NCBI GenBank assembly: GCA_049317985.1
Contig: JBMOHF010000004.1
Location: forward strand, 254 to 64,253
Source of the DNA: Patescibacteria group bacterium
GTDB taxonomy: Bacteria; Patescibacteriota; Patescibacteriia; Patescibacteriales; UBA12465
Length of the DNA stretch: 64,000 nucleotides
Direction of reading: 5' to 3'
Below are positions 1 to 9,216 of the stretch, piece after piece. Position 1 is the stretch's first letter. The number at the start of each line of letters is the position of its first letter. The notes beneath the pieces are model-generated. The model ran no database searches and was not told the origin of the DNA. It saw only the letters and a program-made list of their open reading frames with translations. A program made the position numbers and the translations under genes.

Positions 1-1
1 A

Positions 2-946
2 ACTAATGTTAGTCGCGAAACCGAGCGTTTACAAACTGAATTGAATTCATTAGATGATATCGAAAGGGAGCTTATTGGTACTGACGAAATGATTACGATG
101 TCGGCCTCGGAAGATGATGAAGCGTTAAGAGAAGAGTTAGCAGCAAAAGTCACCGAATTAGAAAAACAGGTTGCTGAATTAGAGTTCTATTCTTTGCTTG
201 GTGACGACCATGATGATTTACCGGCGATCCTCGCTATTCATGCCGGTGTTGGGGGTGTAGATGCTCAGGATTGGGCGATGATGTTGGAGCGGATGTATTT
301 GCGCTTTGCCGAAAGAAAGGGCTTTAAAATCGAAATCATTGATCGCTTATTAGCTAATGAAGCCGGCATTAAGAGTGTATCTTTGAGAATTGTTGGTCCT
401 TATGCTTTTGGCTATTTGAAAAGTGAAAATGGCGTTCATCGCTTGGCGCGCATTTCACCCTTTGATGGAGAAAGCTTGCGCCAAACTTCTTTTGCGCTTG
501 TTGAGGTTATTCCAGAGCTACCAGAAAACGACGAGGTGGTGATTAAAGACGAAGATTTACGTGTCGATTTATTCCGTTCTAGTGGCCCAGGGGGGCAGAA
601 TGTTAACAAAACTGAATCAGCGATTCGCTTAACCCATCTTCCAACGGGAATTGTTGTTGCTTGTCAGAGCGAAAGATCTCAGCATCAAAATCGTGAAAAT
701 GCGATGAAGATTCTGAAAGGAAAAATATTTCAGCTTGAACAAGAAAAAAGAGAAGCATCAGAAAAACAATTGAAAGGCGGAGTAGTAAAAGCAGAATGGG
801 GTCGCCAGATTCGATCATATATTTTATATGGTGCACGTTTAGTGAAAGATCATCGAACAAATTACGAAACTACTGAAGTGGATCGAGTTTTGGATGGTGA
901 TTTATTACCTTTTATGGAGGCCTATTTGAAGTGGAGGAAGATGTAA
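2..946 (+). CDS. prfB: Peptide chain release factor 2, 5' end cut by window edge
   Basis: Frame is open from base 2. SPF motif (RISPFDGES) and GGQ motif (SGPGGQNVNK) are present. Confidence 0.9.
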   Translation, partial: TNVSRETERLQTELNSLDDIERELIGTDEMITMSASEDDEALREELAAKVTELEKQVAELEFYSLLGDDHDDLPAILAIHAGVGGVDAQDWAMMLERMYLRFAERKGFKIEIIDRLLANEAGIKSVSLRIVGPYAFGYLKSENGVHRLARISPFDGESLRQTSFALVEVIPELPENDEVVIKDEDLRVDLFRSSGPGGQNVNKTESAIRLTHLPTGIVVACQSERSQHQNRENAMKILKGKIFQLEQEKREASEKQLKGGVVKAEWGRQIRSYILYGARLVKDHRTNYETTEVDRVLDGDLLPFMEAYLKWRKM

Positions 947-956
947 CTAAATCAAT

Positions 957-1412
957 ATGCAAATTAATCAAGCATTTCTTGAGTACATTGAGCCATACTT
1001 AATAAAACTCCGCGAGAAGATTGGTGATTTTGTTGTGTTTGGGTCAGCTCCGCTTTATTTGTATGGAGTGGTTGAATTTAATGGACAGATCAATGATTTG
1101 GATGTTTACGTGGAAGACGAAAAAATGATTCCGTCCGATGCTCAGAAGGTTACTTTTCACAAAGATAACCAGCAAAATCTGTATAAAATAATTATTGATG
1201 ACCTGGATGTAGATATTGGTGGATATTGGCCTGGATACGGGGGTATATTAACAAGAATAAATAGCGGCCCCTACATCATTAATAGTTTCAAATTTGCTAA
1301 TTTAGATATCGTTGAAGAATGGAAAAAAGAAATGGTGAGAAAGTATGATCGGCAAAAAGATAAGGATTATTTAGAAAAAATTAAGGAGTGGCGACATAAA
1401 AGGAATATTTAA
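957..1412 (+). CDS. Hypothetical protein, possible minimal nucleotidyltransferase fold
   Basis: FGSAPLYLYG...NDLDVYV resembles the hG[GS]...D-x-D nucleotidyltransferase signature. Weak, by eye only. Confidence 0.3.
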   Translation: MQINQAFLEYIEPYLIKLREKIGDFVVFGSAPLYLYGVVEFNGQINDLDVYVEDEKMIPSDAQKVTFHKDNQQNLYKIIIDDLDVDIGGYWPGYGGILTRINSGPYIINSFKFANLDIVEEWKKEMVRKYDRQKDKDYLEKIKEWRHKRNI

Positions 1413-1439
1413 TCCGAATATGATTTTAAAATATCTACT

Positions 1440-2054
1440 ATGAATAATTTTTATAAAGACAATTTGTTTGCAGAAACCCCTGCATCTAACCATATTGAAA
1501 ATATTGTCGAAAGAAATTTTATTAAATCAGGCGTTAATAGAGTATTCGAAGAACATCCTGGGTTAGTGGGTATAGGTAGCCAGGAACAATATTCAAGCTA
1601 TCTTGAAAATATTTTTTCGGATAGTCAAATAAAAGAAATTCTTTATCACGAAGGAAATGAAGGGATAATTGATTTTGATAATACAAAATATAATAAGCAT
1701 TTGGGGCGTGAAGAATTAAAATTCAGATATGGTTTGGGTCATTATTTCGCAGGTGATATTGAATACGCGGAAGGATTCGGTGAACAAATGTATAGTGTGA
1801 TGTTGGATATGAAATCACCTAAATTAATTACCATTGACGGGAGTAGCGAGAACTACCGCAAGATTGCGAACATTGATCAAGCGGCTCTAGATCAATTAAG
1901 GCGAGATGGCTATGATAGCGTTGTCGGGATTGCGGTTGAGGAATTAAAAGAAGCTTATCCTGACGAGTATGTAGTTTTTGAGCCAGAACAAGCCCATATA
2001 TTGGGGTCGCAAAAAGATATTGATGCGTTCCGAAAGTTTGTGGATAATGAATAA
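1440..2054 (+). CDS. Hypothetical protein, possible ART-PolyVal-like (ADP-ribosyltransferase-like) domain
   Basis: The string LYHEG...GLGHYFAGDIEYAEGFG...YSVMLDMKSPKLI...DEYVVFEPEQAHILGS resembles phage/conjugative polyvalent-protein ART-like domains. Unverified. Confidence 0.3.
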   Translation: MNNFYKDNLFAETPASNHIENIVERNFIKSGVNRVFEEHPGLVGIGSQEQYSSYLENIFSDSQIKEILYHEGNEGIIDFDNTKYNKHLGREELKFRYGLGHYFAGDIEYAEGFGEQMYSVMLDMKSPKLITIDGSSENYRKIANIDQAALDQLRRDGYDSVVGIAVEELKEAYPDEYVVFEPEQAHILGSQKDIDAFRKFVDNE

Positions 2055-2104
2055 TTTATTTTATAAGTATCTTTTTTTTACCACTAATATTATAAAATTA
2101 CCCC

Positions 2105-3556
2105 ATGAACAAGGGTAATTTTTTGTTGTTTTTTTGTGGTGGTGCTTTGGGTGCTTTTATTTTAGCGTCGATATTTTTCGTCGGTTATTTGTTACTGTTT
2201 TTTGCCATCCTCATTTTGAGTGCTATCGCATCATTTTTTACTTCTAAAAAAATACAGATATATCGTTATGGTTTTTTAGTCTTTTCTTTTGCTTTTATTT
2301 TGGCGGCAACTCGATATTTAGGAAATCTGCCAGTTCAAGAAAAAATAAATAATTTCGAACCCAACTTCTCAGGAGTAGTCTTTGTCTGTGAAAATTCAGA
2401 AAGAAACGGTGCTTTTCGTAATTTGATTTTATGCAATAATGATGGACGTTATATATCAAAAACTTCTGCCTATCCCGAATATCATTATGGCGACTGCTTG
2501 TTGGCCAAGGGCGTATTGGAGCTACCAGGAGTGATTAAAGATTTTCGCTATGACAGATACCTCGCGAAGCAGGGAATATACTTTATGCTTCGACAAGCTA
2601 GTTTTCAGAGAAGCGATAGCTGCGGAAGCTTGAAAAACTTTGGATCTGCAAAAACTTTATTGATGTCCAAAATTTTTTTATTTAGAGATTATTTAATGAA
2701 TCGGATTAATCAGTTTCTACCAGAACCAGATGCCGGTTTGGCGGTCGCTTTGCTCCTTGGTTACACTAAAACAATTGCCGTTGATCAGCAGGGATGGTTT
2801 TCTCGTGCTGGGCTGAGCCATTTAATTGCCATTTCTGGCTCACACATTACATTAATCGCCGCCTTGCTTTCCCGTCTCGCTTTTTCTCTGCATATCAAAA
2901 GAAAGCAATCATTAATTTTTTCCAGTTCACTCGCAATTTTTTATGTGCTATTTTCCGGGGCTGCCCCATCAGCAATCCGAGCCGGTGTCATGGCTTTTCT
3001 AACTTTTTTGGCCCTATTTTTTGGCAGAGAGAATATGGCTTGGCGAGCCTTATTGTTTTCGGCAACGGCGATGTTATTTGTTAACCCAGCACTGCTCAGA
3101 GATGATATTGGTTTTCAATTATCCTTTGCCGCTTTTGCAGGCTTACTTTTTACGGCACCGTTATTTCAGAAACATTTGTCTTGGTGGAAAGAAGCCTTTT
3201 TAGTCACGCTTGTTTGTCAATTATTTACCTGGCCGATTAGTTCCTATTATTTCGGGGTAGTATCACTAATCGCACCGCTGGCGAATCTTTTTTCAGCCTG
3301 GATTTTTGCACCTTTGTTTATTGCTTTGCCGGTAGCAATAATATTTTCCTACCTTGGAAATTTCATTGGTCTCCTATTTTTTTGGCCGGCTTATTTATTG
3401 ACGAGATATTTATTAACCATGGCCAGGATCTGTGCGAGTCTGCCTTATGCGGCCTTGGATTATAAAATTAATTTGTCTTTTGTTTTTTGTTATTATCTTT
3501 CATTAATTGTTTTATCTGCGTTTATCAATCAGCAAGGGAAACGGTGGGGAAAATAA
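2105..3556 (+). CDS. comEC: ComEC/Rec2 family competence membrane protein
   Basis: Polytopic membrane ORF with ComEC core region GLSHLIAISGSHITLIAALL. Confidence 0.8.
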   Translation: MNKGNFLLFFCGGALGAFILASIFFVGYLLLFFAILILSAIASFFTSKKIQIYRYGFLVFSFAFILAATRYLGNLPVQEKINNFEPNFSGVVFVCENSERNGAFRNLILCNNDGRYISKTSAYPEYHYGDCLLAKGVLELPGVIKDFRYDRYLAKQGIYFMLRQASFQRSDSCGSLKNFGSAKTLLMSKIFLFRDYLMNRINQFLPEPDAGLAVALLLGYTKTIAVDQQGWFSRAGLSHLIAISGSHITLIAALLSRLAFSLHIKRKQSLIFSSSLAIFYVLFSGAAPSAIRAGVMAFLTFLALFFGRENMAWRALLFSATAMLFVNPALLRDDIGFQLSFAAFAGLLFTAPLFQKHLSWWKEAFLVTLVCQLFTWPISSYYFGVVSLIAPLANLFSAWIFAPLFIALPVAIIFSYLGNFIGLLFFWPAYLLTRYLLTMARICASLPYAALDYKINLSFVFCYYLSLIVLSAFINQQGKRWGK

Positions 3557-3587
3557 AAAAAAGGAAGCTTTTTGCTTCCTTTATTTT
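3555..3587. terminator. Bidirectional intrinsic terminator between convergent comEC and the 3589 gene
   Basis: aaaaaaaAGGAAGCtttttGCTTCCTttatttt: 7-bp stem flanked by an A-run and a T-run. Confidence 0.7.
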
Positions 3588-3588
3588 G

Positions 3589-4566
3589 CTATTTACTTTT
3601 TAATTTAGACATAATTTCTCGAACGCTTGTTCGGTCATTATTATCTATGGCATTGTTTAGCAACTCGGAGAGTTGTTTTTTGTCTAGCCCGGGGTATTTG
3701 CAGTAACTCTTCGCAATTGAATAATTGCCATCTTTCATGGCAGTCATAAATATTTCTTGTTTTAGTTCATCGATTTTTTCGGGAAAAGTTGTGCGAATCA
3801 AAGAATAAGCCTCGCTGTAGTTTTTCTCCAAAAGACGTTGTCTAAACAAATTTAAATTTATTTCTTGATTCCAGTTAACTCCGAGTGCAGTGCATACTTG
3901 ATCGATGATCTGGCTCTTTCCACCGTCTTTAACCAATTCCCATAGTTCTTTTAGGAGTTTATCTTTTAATTCTTGGTCATCAGTAATAACCATTGTGACT
4001 TCCAGAGCTTTATAATAGGATTTTTCTTTAATTTCTTTTCTGAAAAATTCTTCCCATTTTGACCCTGTAAATGGCGTAACTCCCAATTGGATGAATAGTG
4101 CTGGAACTTCCTGGTATCGAGCGGCATCTAATGGATGTTGGATGAGTTCGTTCTTTTCCGAGTCATTCAGTGGTCTTTTTAATAGTTTGGCTATTTCTGT
4201 TGCTTTGTTAACCATCCCATCCCTTATTGCCGGTTTGAGTAACTTCTCATAATACACCGGCTTTTCTGCTTCTGGAAATGCTTTAATCAGTGAAAATAAT
4301 TCGAAAACATTATTATTTTTAGAATTAAATCTTATTTCAAAAAGATTTTTTGCTTCTTCTACCGTCAATTTTCGGTTCAAAAGGTGTAATGTGGCGTCGA
4401 TTCTGCTAGTATGAGTAATCAAGGCCCCTCCTTTGATAAACTCTGCTAGCAAATATTCAAGGGCACCTATTCTTTCTGTTCCGGTTAACATATCTGCAAG
4501 AACAATACTGCTTTCTATTCCGTCACGTTCAAATTCCTGGCGAACTTTTTCTAGGCTATTTTTCAT
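3589..4566 (-). CDS. Hypothetical helical protein, tandem paralog A
   Basis: 325 aa. Shares its N-terminus (MKNSLEKVRQEFER) and C-terminus (ELLNNAID.NDR.SV) with the 4695..5678 product. Confidence 0.7.
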   Translation of the reverse strand: MKNSLEKVRQEFERDGIESSIVLADMLTGTERIGALEYLLAEFIKGGALITHTSRIDATLHLLNRKLTVEEAKNLFEIRFNSKNNNVFELFSLIKAFPEAEKPVYYEKLLKPAIRDGMVNKATEIAKLLKRPLNDSEKNELIQHPLDAARYQEVPALFIQLGVTPFTGSKWEEFFRKEIKEKSYYKALEVTMVITDDQELKDKLLKELWELVKDGGKSQIIDQVCTALGVNWNQEINLNLFRQRLLEKNYSEAYSLIRTTFPEKIDELKQEIFMTAMKDGNYSIAKSYCKYPGLDKKQLSELLNNAIDNNDRTSVREIMSKLKSK

Positions 4567-4608
4567 GTTATTAATTTTTTAATGAATACTAATATTTTTT
4601 GCAATGCC

Positions 4609-4637
4609 ATCTTAGAACATTTTACTTATTTAGTCAA
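4609..4637 (-). promoter_or_regulatory. Sigma70-type promoter of paralog A (TTGACT-17-TAAGAT)
   Basis: Plus strand reads atctta-N17-agtcaa. Same architecture as the paralog B promoter. Confidence 0.55.
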
Positions 4638-4646
4638 ATTAATAAT

Positions 4647-4674
4647 AAAAAAAGAAGGATTTTCATCCTCCTTC
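4647..4674 (-). terminator. Intrinsic terminator after paralog B
   Basis: Minus strand GAAGGAGGAU-GAAA-AUCCUUCUUU followed by a U-run. Confidence 0.55.
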
Positions 4675-4694
4675 AGTTTGCTTGTTAGTATTGG

Positions 4695-5678
4695 TTACTG
4701 AATGTCGTAAAAGGTTAACATAATAGAAACATCATCAACACTTTTCCTGTCATTTTTATCAATAGCATTGTTAAGTAGCTCAAACAGTTGTTCTTTAAGT
4801 AGTCTGGATTTGTCGGGGTTAAACATTTTTGCGGCATTATAATTACCATTCTCCATGGCTTTCGCAAATATTTCCTGTTTTAATTCGATATCCCTGCTCG
4901 GTAGATATTTATGGGCAAAGAGATGGGCACTAGTGTATTCGCCCGCAGAAAGAAACTGTCTGAATGTTTTTAGCTGAGCTTCCTCGGTCCAATTAAATCC
5001 AAGGTCGGTAGCGATTAATTCACTGATGCGCTGGTCCTCTTCGTCTTTGGTTAATTGCCAAAGTTCGGTTAGAAGTTGTGTTTTTGTTTCATTATTATCT
5101 ACTAATGTAGTAATGTCTCGGGCACAGTAATAGTTTTGGTCAGCCAACTCTTTTTTGAAAAACCTGCGCCATTTCTCTGTTTCGAATTTTTTTAATCCTA
5201 GGTCTGATAGTATTTTTGGAATTTTTGTATAATCTTTTTTGCTCAAAGATTTCTTAATAATTGTTCCTTTTTCCTGGTTAGTTAATGGCCTGCCAATAAG
5301 AGTAGCAATTTTTATTGACATAGCTACGTCAATCTCAAATGATAGAATTAATAGTTTCTCGCAATAAGAAAGGCGACAATTTTCAGGAAGTACATTGATT
5401 AAATCGAATAACTCATAGACGCTATTATTTTCTGAAGCGAATCTTATGTCAAATATTTTTTTTGCTTCATCTTTGGTTAGGGAGCGGTCTAATGAGTTTA
5501 ATAGAACGGGAATCTCATTGGAATAAAGAATGTTAAAACTTTTTTCTATTAATCCTACTAGCAGAAATTCCAAGGCATTTTGTTTTTCCTCTTCTTCTAA
5601 AATTTCAGCAAGAATAATACTGCTTTTTATTCCGCCACGTTCAAATTCCTGGCGAACTTTTTCTAGGCTATTTTTCAT
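4695..5678 (-). CDS. Hypothetical helical protein, tandem paralog B
   Basis: 327 aa, paralog of 3589..4566. Confidence 0.7.
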   Translation of the reverse strand: MKNSLEKVRQEFERGGIKSSIILAEILEEEEKQNALEFLLVGLIEKSFNILYSNEIPVLLNSLDRSLTKDEAKKIFDIRFASENNSVYELFDLINVLPENCRLSYCEKLLILSFEIDVAMSIKIATLIGRPLTNQEKGTIIKKSLSKKDYTKIPKILSDLGLKKFETEKWRRFFKKELADQNYYCARDITTLVDNNETKTQLLTELWQLTKDEEDQRISELIATDLGFNWTEEAQLKTFRQFLSAGEYTSAHLFAHKYLPSRDIELKQEIFAKAMENGNYNAAKMFNPDKSRLLKEQLFELLNNAIDKNDRKSVDDVSIMLTFYDIQ

Positions 5679-5717
5679 GTTATTAATTTTTTAATGAATA
5701 CTATTTTTTGCATGACT

Positions 5718-5746
5718 ACCTTAGTATATTTGCGTCTTTTAGTCAA
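5718..5746 (-). promoter_or_regulatory. Sigma70-type promoter of paralog B (TTGACT-17-TAAGGT)
   Basis: Plus strand reads acctta-N17-agtcaa. Confidence 0.5.
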
Positions 5747-5763
5747 ATTCAGAGAAGTAAAAC

Positions 5764-5790
5764 AAAAAAACCGCCTCCCGGCAGTTTTTT
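5764..5790 (-). terminator. Intrinsic terminator after rpmB
   Basis: aaaaaaaCCGCCtcccGGCAGtttttt: short GC stem with flanking A/T runs. Confidence 0.5.
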
Positions 5791-5819
5791 CGTATTTTTG
5801 ATACTTTAAAATCTAAGGT

Positions 5820-5996
5820 TTATTTTTCTTCCTTTTTCGAAGTTCTCAAGCAGCTAGTGCAGACTTTTAGTTTCATCTCGCCAATGTTTTTGGTCTGAAG
5901 ATTGATATTCTGTCTTTTGAGGGTTTTTACCTTGGAGTGGGAACGAGTAGCGCCTTTTGTGGAACCGCGTCCGCATAAATCACATTTCTTGGCCAT
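5820..5996 (-). CDS. rpmB: 50S ribosomal protein L28 (Cys-containing form)
   Basis: MAKKCDLCGRGSTKGATRSHSKVKT... Start moved to ATG at 5996. CxxC motifs at both ends. Confidence 0.85.
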   Translation of the reverse strand: MAKKCDLCGRGSTKGATRSHSKVKTLKRQNINLQTKNIGEMKLKVCTSCLRTSKKEEK

Positions 5997-6100
5997 ACAA
6001 TGAAAATAATTATTTTTTACTAGGCTCACTTTATCACGTTTTGAAAAAAGAATCAAGCTGTGTTACAATGGCTCTATATTTTAGAATTTAAACATTATTT

Positions 6101-6703
6101 ATGGAAATTTTATTTCAAATTATTATCTTAATCTTTTCGGCGATTTTACACGAATATTCCCATGGGGCAATGGCATATTCGCTTGGCGACCCAACCGCAA
6201 AGAACGCCGGGAGACTGACTCTCAACCCAATTGCTCATCTGGACTGGTTCGGGTCGGTTCTTTTGCCGGCAATAATGGTGATTAGCCAACTACCTTTTGT
6301 TTTTGGCTGGGCAAAACCAGTTCCATACAACCCATATTTACTCAGAGATCGTCGTTGGGGTGATGCTAAGGTTGCGATTGCTGGCCCAGCAGCTAATTTA
6401 GCAATTGCTATCGCTCTTGGTTTAGTTATTCGCCTTCTCCCGCTATCCGGGGCTTTTGTTAATTTTTTAGCAATTGCTGTTTTGGTCAATATTGTTTTAG
6501 CAGTATTTAATCTTGTGCCACTGCCACCGCTTGATGGTTCTAAGATCTTAGCTTCTTTTTTAAATGAAAAATGGCGAATTAAGTATTTAAGTTTAGAGCG
6601 TTTTGGTTTTGTATTGGTCATTATTTTTGTCATGTTTGGTATTGGGATCATTCAACCTTTAGTTTTTGGTCTATTTTCATTGATCACGGGAATGAGTTTT
6701 TAG
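6101..6703 (+). CDS. Site-2 protease family (M50) membrane metalloprotease
   Basis: HEYSHG (HExxH) in a TM helix and NLVPLPPLDGSK (NxxPxxxLDG). Confidence 0.8.
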   Translation: MEILFQIIILIFSAILHEYSHGAMAYSLGDPTAKNAGRLTLNPIAHLDWFGSVLLPAIMVISQLPFVFGWAKPVPYNPYLLRDRRWGDAKVAIAGPAANLAIAIALGLVIRLLPLSGAFVNFLAIAVLVNIVLAVFNLVPLPPLDGSKILASFLNEKWRIKYLSLERFGFVLVIIFVMFGIGIIQPLVFGLFSLITGMSF

Positions 6704-6785
6704 TTTAAATAACAAATTTTTTTCCATTCGCGGGACGTATCAGTTATAACAATAGGAAAATTAATAAAAATTACTCGACTGTACT

Positions 6786-7880
6786 ATGCTAGAATATAAG
6801 TATTATATTAAAAAAATATCTCAACCATCTCCCGATTTGGTGGTTTTTGAAGTCGGCGACAAACGAGGTTTGCCAGTTTTTTCATTTCGTCCGGGGCAAT
6901 ATGCGATGATCTCCTATAAAAACTCTCGAGGTGAAATCGAAGACAAGCACGCCTTTTCGATGGCTAGTTCGCCGACTGAAAGAGATTTGATTCGTTTTGG
7001 TGTAAGGATTCAGGGTGGTTTCACTCAGGGTCTAACTAATCTGCGGGAGAACGACGAAATAATCGTTTCTGGTCCATACGGAAAATTTATTTATGATGAA
7101 AAAAAATATTCCGATATCGTTTTGATTGCCGGTGGTATTGGTATTACTCCATTTTTTAGTGCCTTAATTTATGCCACAGACAATAATTTGCCAAATAAAT
7201 TATCTTTGATTTATAGCGCAAGAACGGCTGGCGGAGCAACTTTTTATAACGAGATCAAGAATTTGGAAAAAAATAATTCAAATATTTCCACTTTGTTTTC
7301 ATTTACCGATGAGCCAGGGATTCCGATTAGTAATAACGTCATCCATCAGCGATTAGATGCCAATATTATTAATAATTTTTTAGGGAATATTCTTGGAAAA
7401 ACATTTTTTATTTGCGGACCCGCTCCTTTCATGACCGCAATGGTTACTAATTTAACTAGTCTTGGTGTCGCTAAAAATCAAATTCAGATGGAAGAATTTT
7501 CCATGCTAACCGACCAAAAATTTCGCTCACGGGTGAAAAATTTTTCTTATGCCCTGGGGTTTGCAGTAATAATGTTTGCTCTAGTCTTTAGTTTACTTGG
7601 AAGGCCAGCCGCCAGTATTTCTACGAGTAAAAATACTTATAACCAAACCTTACTGAATAAAATAAATAACGCGGCATCGAGTCGAGTATCAGCAATTCTT
7701 GGCGCCAAGAACAAGGCGATCACGAGTTCAAGCCAGCAGCAGGCAACGTCTGGGAATGCTCAGATTGCTCCTTCAGCCTCAACCGTGACAAATCAACCAT
7801 CAGTGAGTTCCACCCCATCACCGATTATTTACACCCCAGTTCCAGCCCCAGCGCCAACACCGACAACACGGGTTTCTTAA
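6786..7880 (+). CDS. FNR-like FAD/NAD(P)-binding oxidoreductase with C-terminal TM helix and S/T/P-rich tail
   Basis: RPGQYAMISY and HAFSMASSP (FAD site), GGIGITPF (NAD(P) site), FICGPAPFM. Then a hydrophobic helix and a Pro/Ser/Thr-rich end. Confidence 0.75.
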   Translation: MLEYKYYIKKISQPSPDLVVFEVGDKRGLPVFSFRPGQYAMISYKNSRGEIEDKHAFSMASSPTERDLIRFGVRIQGGFTQGLTNLRENDEIIVSGPYGKFIYDEKKYSDIVLIAGGIGITPFFSALIYATDNNLPNKLSLIYSARTAGGATFYNEIKNLEKNNSNISTLFSFTDEPGIPISNNVIHQRLDANIINNFLGNILGKTFFICGPAPFMTAMVTNLTSLGVAKNQIQMEEFSMLTDQKFRSRVKNFSYALGFAVIMFALVFSLLGRPAASISTSKNTYNQTLLNKINNAASSRVSAILGAKNKAITSSSQQQATSGNAQIAPSASTVTNQPSVSSTPSPIIYTPVPAPAPTPTTRVS

Positions 7881-7895
7881 TTTAAAAAAATTAAT

Positions 7896-8273
7896 ATGAA
7901 AAATATTTCCCCAGAGAAGCGAGCCATTACTATTTTTTTAATAATTTTTGTTTTTTCATTTATCGCGATTTCTTATGTTCGAGCTGAGAATGACAATGAG
8001 GATGAATACGAGAATGAGGGTCGTCGACCGGCAGTTCCGGTTTATCAAGTTCCAGCACCAGTTGTTTCGTTGACGCAAGTCGAGCCAGCAAAAGTTGTTA
8101 GTCCTTCAAGTAGTGGTGTTAAGACCATAACAAAAACATCACTGATTGATTCAGATCAAGACGGTATTTTGGACAAGTTTGATAAATTTCCCGGAGAGGA
8201 TGACTTCGCGTTTTATTTAAAAGATAGTAATACTAATGGTATCGCGGATGACCTGGAGGAATTATTTAAATAA
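7896..8273 (+). CDS. Small secreted/anchored protein with calcium-binding (thrombospondin type 3-like) Asp-rich motif
   Basis: N-terminal hydrophobic signal/anchor. DSDQDGILDKFDKFPGEDD motif. Confidence 0.5.
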   Translation: MKNISPEKRAITIFLIIFVFSFIAISYVRAENDNEDEYENEGRRPAVPVYQVPAPVVSLTQVEPAKVVSPSSSGVKTITKTSLIDSDQDGILDKFDKFPGEDDFAFYLKDSNTNGIADDLEELFK

Positions 8274-8277
8274 TTTT

Positions 8278-9216
8278 ATGATTTGGCGCGAATTCAAAGC
8301 AATGGGAACGGAAATAGTTATTTGTGCTGACCTTGAGCCAGAGAAAAATAATTTATTAATTGAAATGGAGAATGAAATAGTTGATTTCGAAAGTAGATTT
8401 AGTCGCTTCATTGAGGGGAATGAGTTATCAACGTTTAATAATTCTACGTTGGAAAAAAAAGAAATCAGCAAAACAATGCAGGCCTTACTACGAGAGAGTG
8501 AGCACTACTATGAAAGTACCAAAGGAGTCTTTGATCTAACAATTATCAGTAACCTCGAGGCTTTCGGATATGACAAAACTTTTGAAAAGGCAAGAGAAGA
8601 AAATTCAGAAGAAATAAACCTCGAGAAAGTGCAAGGGACGTTCAATAATCGCCCCAAGATGGACGATATAAAAATTTCTAATAATGAGATTACTTCGCCG
8701 CTTGGCTTAAAAATTGATTTTGGCGGTATTGGCAAGGGGTTTGTTATTGATTATTTAAGTCAACAAAATCTTTCTCACGTTGAAAATTATTGGATTTCAG
8801 CCGGTGGTGATATCATTGTCTCGGGAAATCAAAAACATGCTATTGGCTGGGATATTGGCGTGCAAAATCCAAATGAGCCAGACAAAAACGTTTTCTCAAT
8901 TAATACTCAAGGTGAAAAGATTGGTATCGCGACCTCGGGAATAATTAAAAGAGCGGGGAAGAAGGGCGATTTTGATTGGCATCATATTATTGATCCAAGA
9001 AGTGGCTTACCAGTGAAAAATAATATTTTATCCGTTACCGCAATTTCTTCAAGCGCTTTGCGTGCCGATATTTTCGCCAAGACGGTTTTGATTTTAGGTG
9101 AAAAAGCAGGTATCGAGTTTATTGAACAAGAATTAGATTCAGCATGTATAATTTTTTTGAAAGACAAAGAACCAATTTTTTCTCAGCGTGCCGGGTTATA
9201 TTTAAAAAATATATGA
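8278..9216 (+). CDS. apbE: ApbE-family FAD:protein FMN transferase
   Basis: AMGT near the N-terminus, DFGGIGKGF, IATSG, HHIIDPRSG. Start moved to ATG 8278. Confidence 0.8.
   Translation: MIWREFKAMGTEIVICADLEPEKNNLLIEMENEIVDFESRFSRFIEGNELSTFNNSTLEKKEISKTMQALLRESEHYYESTKGVFDLTIISNLEAFGYDKTFEKAREENSEEINLEKVQGTFNNRPKMDDIKISNNEITSPLGLKIDFGGIGKGFVIDYLSQQNLSHVENYWISAGGDIIVSGNQKHAIGWDIGVQNPNEPDKNVFSINTQGEKIGIATSGIIKRAGKKGDFDWHHIIDPRSGLPVKNNILSVTAISSSALRADIFAKTVLILGEKAGIEFIEQELDSACIIFLKDKEPIFSQRAGLYLKNI

Noticed and set aside
1-946. Programmed +1 frameshift site of prfB.
   Set aside because: The frameshift site, if present, lies in the 5' part of the gene, upstream of the window. It cannot be assessed here.
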